From the IMG/VR virus record IMGVR_UViG_3300028591_000150, positions 28,308 through 92,307 of that record: DNA of 64,000 bases. The stretch is one strand, 5' to 3'. The notes beneath the pieces are model-generated. The model ran no database searches. It was not told the origin of the DNA and saw only the letters and a program-made list of their open reading frames with translations. Shown piece after piece: positions 58,766 through 64,000 of this stretch. Numbering within the stretch: the stretch's first letter is position 1; each line of letters starts with the position of its first letter. The stretch is from a virus. Taxonomy: Duplodnaviria; Caudoviricetes. A program made the position numbers and the translations under genes.

Positions 58766-58825
58766 AACTTTTAATTTTTATTGCCCCTTTCGGGGCGGGT
58801 TATACTTAATTGTTGTTTTCTGCTG

Positions 58826-58857
58826 CAAAGTTACAACAAAATGTTGAAACTGCCAAA
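58826..58857 (-). promoter_or_regulatory. sigmaA-type promoter TTTG-N20-TAACTTTG (early cassette operon)
   Basis: Full consensus. Confidence 0.75.
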
Positions 58858-58996
58858 CATTTTTGCAATTATTTTCAATAAAAAGCAAAAAAATCGCGTT
58901 TTTCTTTGTTCTTTATTGAAAAAGCCCGTATTTTGCACCCGATTTAAGTATATTATAATATAAATATAGATTATTAAAACATAAACACGCAAAACC

Positions 58997-59473
58997 ATGA
59001 CAGAAGAAGAAATCGCCCTGCAAGAAGAATTGATCCTGCAAGAAGCAAGCCAAGCGGCACCGCAAGACCGCCCCGCCAAACTCACCGCCCTGCTGAAAGA
59101 CCTGATGCAGCAACGCTCCATGTCCCCCACGCAGCTCGCCACCGCCCTTGACCTGAACCCCAGCAACGTCACCGGCTTCCTGAAAGGACAGAAGAACCCC
59201 ACGCTCTCCACCATCGACCGAATTGCCGCAGCCCTGGATGTTCCCGCCTGGATGTTGCTCAACACTCCCGCCGAAGTCATCGCCGACCTCCGCGCCGCCG
59301 GACAGTTGCCACCAGAACCCGCCGCTATACCAGAACCTGCCGCCGTGCCGAGCGTTTCTTCCGCGAGAAAAGAAGAAAGGGAAGAAACCCGCACCAGCGG
59401 CCTCCCTTACGACCTGCTGACCATTGACCCCATGACGGGCGAAACCCGCCGCTACAGGCTTGTAAACGACTAA
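58997..59473 (+). CDS. XRE HTH regulator
   Basis: PTQLATALDLNPSNVTGFLKGQKNPTLSTIDRIAAAL. Confidence 0.85.
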   Translation: MTEEEIALQEELILQEASQAAPQDRPAKLTALLKDLMQQRSMSPTQLATALDLNPSNVTGFLKGQKNPTLSTIDRIAAALDVPAWMLLNTPAEVIADLRAAGQLPPEPAAIPEPAAVPSVSSARKEEREETRTSGLPYDLLTIDPMTGETRRYRLVND

Positions 59474-59498
59474 TTTTTCACACCGACTATAATAGAGC

Positions 59499-59533
59499 GA
59501 AAAGGGCCGCGTCATCACGACGCAGCCCTTTTC
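59499..59533. terminator. bidirectional terminator
   Basis: GAAAAGGGC..GCGTC-ATCAC-GACGC..GCCCTTTTC between convergent genes. Confidence 0.7.
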
Positions 59534-59626
59534 TATCAAAGTATTATGAATAAATTTGAAAAACCTAATTTCGCAGACTTTCTATAATATATAATATATA
59601 ATTCTTAATTCTTCATTCTTCATTTT

Positions 59627-60361
59627 TCATTTTTCATTTTGTATGTACCACTCCCTCGGATGGGCCGAGACGTGCTGATGCTTCACATGCAGAGTCACCA
59701 CGCGGTCCACTGCGAACCCTTCGCAACAACTTTCGCCCGTTCTGATTGTTACATGCACGTTGAAATGCACATCGCGAATTGTCGCCTCCTTTTGTTCTTC
59801 GGGCGGTAGGTGCCTGTTCTTTTCGTGTTGCGCCATAAAAGCACCCTGCACGCGGTCTCTGTCCGCCTTCAAGCAGCGAAGCGAAACACACTCCACATTA
59901 AACCGATTTCGCGGAAGCTCTATAACGATACCCCGCCAAGGCTTGTGGCCGTGCCTCAAGGCTTGCAGATACGCCCCAAGGACCTGCCTGCGCAGTGTGA
60001 GCCGCGCGTCCGCCTGATATGTCGCCTCAATCTCGTACTCGTCCTCCTGCGTGTCAAGTGCGTGCTCCGTGCTGTGCATCGTCACGTAGGTCCCGTATGT
60101 CAGAGGGTTGCTCTGTTCGGGGTCATCATTCAGCCAGCTTGCTGCAGCCACATAGTGCAGCGCAAGCGGATAAAGCTGATGCCGAGTAAAGTAGTCCGAT
60201 ATGGCACGTTTCACGTTTGCCTCACAAGCTGAGTCGATTGCGTCCAAGATAGGCTCCGCGTCAGCCTTCGGAAGGTTCTCGCTCACCCACCAATAGAACT
60301 CCGGTGCTCCGTACTTCGCGCCATTCATACGGCCAACAATATAATTTAATAACAAGTCCAT
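59627..60361 (-). CDS. hypothetical early protein
   Basis: 244 aa, paralogous N-terminus with 56936-57535. Confidence 0.7.
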   Translation of the reverse strand: MDLLLNYIVGRMNGAKYGAPEFYWWVSENLPKADAEPILDAIDSACEANVKRAISDYFTRHQLYPLALHYVAAASWLNDDPEQSNPLTYGTYVTMHSTEHALDTQEDEYEIEATYQADARLTLRRQVLGAYLQALRHGHKPWRGIVIELPRNRFNVECVSLRCLKADRDRVQGAFMAQHEKNRHLPPEEQKEATIRDVHFNVHVTIRTGESCCEGFAVDRVVTLHVKHQHVSAHPREWYIQNEK

Positions 60362-60384
60362 AACAATAAATTATAATTCAAAAT

Positions 60385-60615
60385 TCAAAATCTGTAATTT
60401 CTCCTATGTCCTATAATATATATTAATATGTAAGGCTCAGCCGCTTTATATTTGGCCGTGTGCGAAGCATGTCCGCCTATGGTCCTGCCAAGTCCGCTCC
60501 TATCAACGTACCCGTACCGCCAAAACCAAACAAAGTGAGGCTTGTCGGCATACCGCTCAACAAAATAGGTTGTATTGTTGATTTTATATTCCCTATGATT
60601 TTTAACGATGGTCAT
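60385..60615 (-). CDS. hypothetical protein
   Basis: 76 aa, leader like that of the 58092 start. Confidence 0.5.
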   Translation of the reverse strand: MTIVKNHREYKINNTTYFVERYADKPHFVWFWRYGYVDRSGLGRTIGGHASHTAKYKAAEPYILIYIIGHRRNYRF

Positions 60616-60677
60616 AACAATAAAAGTTGAAAAGGTTAAAATGTGAAAAGTTGAAAATCTCTAATTTCGCAGATGGC

Positions 60678-61238
60678 CTATAAATAGACCACCTGCGCTC
60701 CGTGCTCCTTTGCGTAGGCAAGTTCAGGATAACTTGCCTTTATTTGAGCATCATACTCCTCCTTTGTCTTGTCGCCCGTTTCCACGAGGCGGTCTATAAG
60801 CGAGCCAAGTCCGTCGCAATATACCTCCTCGTGGCGGCTGCCTTCGATGGCGAAAAATTGCTCGTCCGCCAATTCCACCTCGTACACGTCCGCCCCTTCA
60901 TTCAGGCTGACGATCACCCACCCGTCATGCTCATAGCCATGCACACGCAGCGCGATGGCGGGCATCTCGCGCCAGCGGATCACTCGGTGAACAATCTTCC
61001 CCTCAATCGTCACGCAGCCCCAGGAACTGATGACTCCAACCCAGTGATCCTTGCCGAAGTCCTCCGCAAGGCTGCCGAAGATTTGCCGCAGGGCCGTGGC
61101 CGCGATGTTCTTTGCATAGTCGCGGCTCTCCCAATACCGCTCGGGGTCCTTGTTGTTGAAAGGTGTTACAAAACTTTGGCTCATGCCGTTGCCGTTCTCG
61201 TTTGCGATCTTTGTCGCATTCATTTTAATTGTTGCCAT
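60678..61238 (-). CDS. conserved Bacteroidales phage early protein
   Basis: 186 aa; SWG..L.V.G..H.GWV.VSLNEGADVYEV..VYCDGL..LID.LVE. Confidence 0.7.
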   Translation of the reverse strand: MATIKMNATKIANENGNGMSQSFVTPFNNKDPERYWESRDYAKNIAATALRQIFGSLAEDFGKDHWVGVISSWGCVTIEGKIVHRVIRWREMPAIALRVHGYEHDGWVIVSLNEGADVYEVELADEQFFAIEGSRHEEVYCDGLGSLIDRLVETGDKTKEEYDAQIKASYPELAYAKEHGAQVVYL

Positions 61239-61333
61239 AATCTATAATTTTTTTAATGCCCTATAAAGGGCGGTTAATTATTTTGTGATTTCCTTAATTT
61301 CCTATAATGTGTATAACGTATAATATATTATAT

Positions 61334-61925
61334 ATGTGTGTGCCTGTTCCTTTGGCGGTCATCCGTGGGCGTGCGGTCATCCGTGCCCGTGTGCCTGTTC
61401 CTGTGGCGGTCATCCGTGGGCGGTTGGTCATCCATTGGCCGTGTGCGGTCATCTGTGGGGCGGTTTGCCCCTGTGTTTGTGTCTGTGTCATATCGTGGGC
61501 GGTTGGGACACGCTCCCCTGTTGGCCTGTTCCTGTTTGCCATACCCCCGTGCCCCGTTTGGGCGTGTGCGGTCATCCGTTGGCCGTGTGCCTGTTCCTGT
61601 TCCTGTTCCTGTGGCGGTCATCTGTGGGCGGGCGGTCATCCGTGCCCCCATCTGTGCCCGTGTGCCTGTGCCTGTTCCTGTGGCGGTCATCTGTGGGCGG
61701 GCGGTCATCCGTTGGGCGGTTTGCCCCTGTGTTTGTGTCTGTGTCATATCGTGGGCGGTTGGGGTCATGCTCCCCGTGTTGGCCTGTTCCTGTTTGCCAT
61801 ACCCCCGTGCCCCTGTTGGGGCGGTGCGGTCATCTGTTGGGGCGGTGCGGTCATCTGTGCCCCATCTGTGCCCCGTGGCGGGCGCAAACAGGGCGGGGCG
61901 GTCATCCGTACCCCTTTGCCCTGTT
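61334..61925. repeat. complex non-coding repeat array
   Basis: 12 GCGGTCATC copies, CCTGTT runs, ~100-bp direct repeat (61458-61555 / 61714-61813); very few A on the + strand. Confidence 0.9.
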
Positions 61926-61943
61926 TGGCCGCCTGTTGGCGTG

Positions 61944-62753
61944 TTATTTTACATTTTCCAATATCTTTGCAACCAATTGGGCGGGGTTTGTGCCGTGTGT
62001 GTCTTCATAATCCAAATATGAGTCATATTTGACGTTTGCACCTTTTAATAATTCTTTCGCCCGTGCCCCGTGTACGCTCGTGCCGTAACCGCTCACCCAT
62101 CTTTTTTCTGTGAGCCCCTGTGTTATTTCTGTTATCCTGAATATATGACGGCGCAAAAATGACGGGTTGGCAATAGGATATGCAATTTGCATAATGTTAA
62201 GCGGTTGGCAATCTGTTTTAATACGTACAACAGTCACGAGGGCCTCTTTGTCCTGTGCACGGGACACCTCGGCGGCGTATAAATTAACCCGTACCCCGTT
62301 GGCCTCTATTTGGTTAATGGCGGCCAAAAGGTTTGCACCCGCTTTTGCCATATCATCCGCCTTTATGTCACAATTGACGGAGGTGTTATAAATAATAGTT
62401 ACAACACGGGCGCGGGTTTTTCGGTTTTTCTTTGCCAACATGCAAACAGGATCGCCCGCAAGAAAAGCTCCGACAATTGGGGTATGTCCAACAATAGCGG
62501 GCACGGGGCGGGGGCGGTTTTGTTTTGTCCGTGCAATAATGTTTGTATATTCTTTTTTTACTTTATCTGCGCTCTTTTGGTCCCCGTTACGGAGTAAATC
62601 GTTGGCGGTTGCAAAATCCTTTGTCCCTGTAAATTTGGGGTCCCCCAAATCGGAGTACAAAGATTCATTTTCAAATAATTTTGATACGGGGGCCGTGTTG
62701 CAAAATTCTGCAAAACTATAGATATTGTTGAATTTGTGTGTGTACGTGTTCAT
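61944..62753 (-). CDS. vWA-like partner of AAA+ ATPase
   Basis: Degenerate MIDAS (IIYNTSVN), IEANGVRVNLY, NPSFLRR..GYG; downstream of AAA gene. Confidence 0.65.
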   Translation of the reverse strand: MNTYTHKFNNIYSFAEFCNTAPVSKLFENESLYSDLGDPKFTGTKDFATANDLLRNGDQKSADKVKKEYTNIIARTKQNRPRPVPAIVGHTPIVGAFLAGDPVCMLAKKNRKTRARVVTIIYNTSVNCDIKADDMAKAGANLLAAINQIEANGVRVNLYAAEVSRAQDKEALVTVVRIKTDCQPLNIMQIAYPIANPSFLRRHIFRITEITQGLTEKRWVSGYGTSVHGARAKELLKGANVKYDSYLDYEDTHGTNPAQLVAKILENVK

Positions 62754-62860
62754 TTTCTTTGTTTTATTGTGTTTGTGTCTGTGTTCCTGTTCCCTGTGGC
62801 GGTCATAACAGGGCGGGGCGGTCAGCTGTGCCCCTGTGCCCTGTTTGCCCATCCTGTTTG

Positions 62861-64000
62861 TTATGCGGCCTCACGTATTAACTTATTGTGTGCTTTTGCC
62901 CATACATTTTCTTTGTGGTCTAAATTCATATATAACGTGTTTAATATGTCACGTTGCAAACCGCTGAGTGTGGCGGTTTTGAGGGTCTGTGCGAGGTCCC
63001 CGTTGGTTAATTGGCGTATTCTAGCGGCGCGGCGCATGTCACGGGGGGATATAGGCAAAGTTACGCCGCACGTTGCAACCGCTTTTTTAAGGTCTGTATA
63101 ATACTCCAACAAAGCGGCGTCCCCGCCACAATTGGCGAGCTCTATGTTTGGATCTGCAAATACCTCAACCCGTGCCAATCCGTTAACAAAACTTATATCC
63201 TGTTCGTTGCGATCGTACCCGTCCGAGGCACCCATGCCGATCGTATTGTCTGCACAGATAAGGCGGAAATTTTCATGTGGGTAAATAAGCTCGCCCGCAA
63301 ATTCGACGGGGTCCCCGTCCCTCATGCCGTTAATGGCGAGGAGGGCCTGTGGGTCACTTGCAAATACCTCGTCAAGCAATAACACGCCGCCGTTTTTATA
63401 GGCACGGGCGGCGGGGGTCAATACCCTTTGCCCGTTTGCGTCAACATACCCCGTATAATCGTATTTTGTGCCTGCAAATCCCTGTTTGTAAAAATCCAAA
63501 CCGAGGGCCTGTGCAATCTGTTTTGCGAGCGTGGTTTTGCCTGTTCCGGCGGGGCCGTATAACAGGACGGGTATATTATTATTAACGAGGTTAAGGATTA
63601 AACCAAAATCCCTGTGCGTTTGTCCCTCTATGGCGTGTGTGCCTGTGGCGGTTTTTACCTCAATAACGCGGGCGGTCTGTTGGTTTGCCTGTGCCGCCTG
63701 TGCGGTCATCTGTTCAATAAGTGGCGTTAATTCTGTTAAGACTCTATTATATATATCTGTGGCCAAAAAATTAGACAAACCCGCGAGTATATTTGTGGGG
63801 TCTGTGGCGGGTGCGGTCTGTGCCTGTGGGCGTGGGGTTGGTTTGGGGGTTGGTGCGGGTTTGGGGGTTGGTACGGGGGCGGGTTGCTCCTGTTCCTGTT
63901 CCTGTGCGGGGGCGGGTTGGTCATCCGTTGGCACGGGTGCGGGTTGCTCGCGTACCTCTATACTATTAACAGGCTCACCAATAGCGGCGGCTATAGCGGT
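62861..64000 (-). CDS. MoxR/CbbQ-like AAA+ ATPase, 5' partial
   Basis: GPAGTGKT, LLLDEV, HENFRLICADNT, ISPR; frame open to window end; Pro/Gln-rich linker. Confidence 0.85.
   Translation of the reverse strand, partial: TAIAAAIGEPVNSIEVREQPAPVPTDDQPAPAQEQEQEQPAPVPTPKPAPTPKPTPRPQAQTAPATDPTNILAGLSNFLATDIYNRVLTELTPLIEQMTAQAAQANQQTARVIEVKTATGTHAIEGQTHRDFGLILNLVNNNIPVLLYGPAGTGKTTLAKQIAQALGLDFYKQGFAGTKYDYTGYVDANGQRVLTPAARAYKNGGVLLLDEVFASDPQALLAINGMRDGDPVEFAGELIYPHENFRLICADNTIGMGASDGYDRNEQDISFVNGLARVEVFADPNIELANCGGDAALLEYYTDLKKAVATCGVTLPISPRDMRRAARIRQLTNGDLAQTLKTATLSGLQRDILNTLYMNLDHKENVWAKAHNKLIREAA

Noticed and set aside
52012-59533. Three hairpins with TCAC loops (52012, 53799, 59499) as a novel ncRNA family
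   Set aside because: The loop reads GTGA (GNRA-type) on the minus strand and the stems carry A/T tails; ordinary terminators are sufficient explanation.
61334-61925. CRISPR array or real protein-coding ORFs in the repeat region
   Set aside because: No constant repeat length or unique spacers and no cas genes. The long ORFs in several frames result from a lack of stop codons in A-poor sequence.
1-64000. Stop-codon reassignment
   Set aside because: Standard-code ORFs tile the window densely, including a 7-kb ORF; no suppressor tRNA seen.

Overview
A 64 kb slice of a large temperate Bacteroidales (probably Prevotella-like) phage. The host call rests on TTTG-N20-TAnnTTTG sigmaA-type promoters, AT-rich leaders mostly without Shine-Dalgarno sites, and a Bacteroidetes-type integrase. 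No host chromosomal genes are visible. Left to right: (1) packaging module with an adenine MTase and terL; (2) a converging tail/structural block (5.2-25.1 kb) with a 2351-aa LamG/CotH-kinase-like/LRR/CLec protein, a DxD glycosyltransferase-like gene and a lipoprotein moron; (3) a lytic replication block with its own beta-clamp, an acyl carrier protein, a DnaC-like loader, a frameshifted MTase and an initiator, followed by many small accessory genes; (4) repressor, attP with a full tRNA-Arg(CCG) and tyrosine integrase; (5) a plasmid-type module with Rep_3, iterons, DenV, ParA/RHH and a membrane-tailed truncated NAD ligase; (6) lysis genes and a third MTase; (7) an array of early genes; (8) a repeat array followed by a compositionally distinct segment encoding an AAA+/vWA pair. 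Best leads: the right-hand 2.7 kb is stripped of several tetramers and bounded by a repeat array, which suggests a restriction-evading first-entry segment with an injection-stop-like signal. All three MTases end in a QLxLF clamp-binding motif and carry poly-G tracts, alongside a phage-encoded clamp. A recurring ATGTCCG-N20/21-TAnnTTTG element looks like a phage late promoter. The phage appears equipped for both integrative and plasmid lysogeny. All family assignments come from reading motifs by eye; no searches were run.
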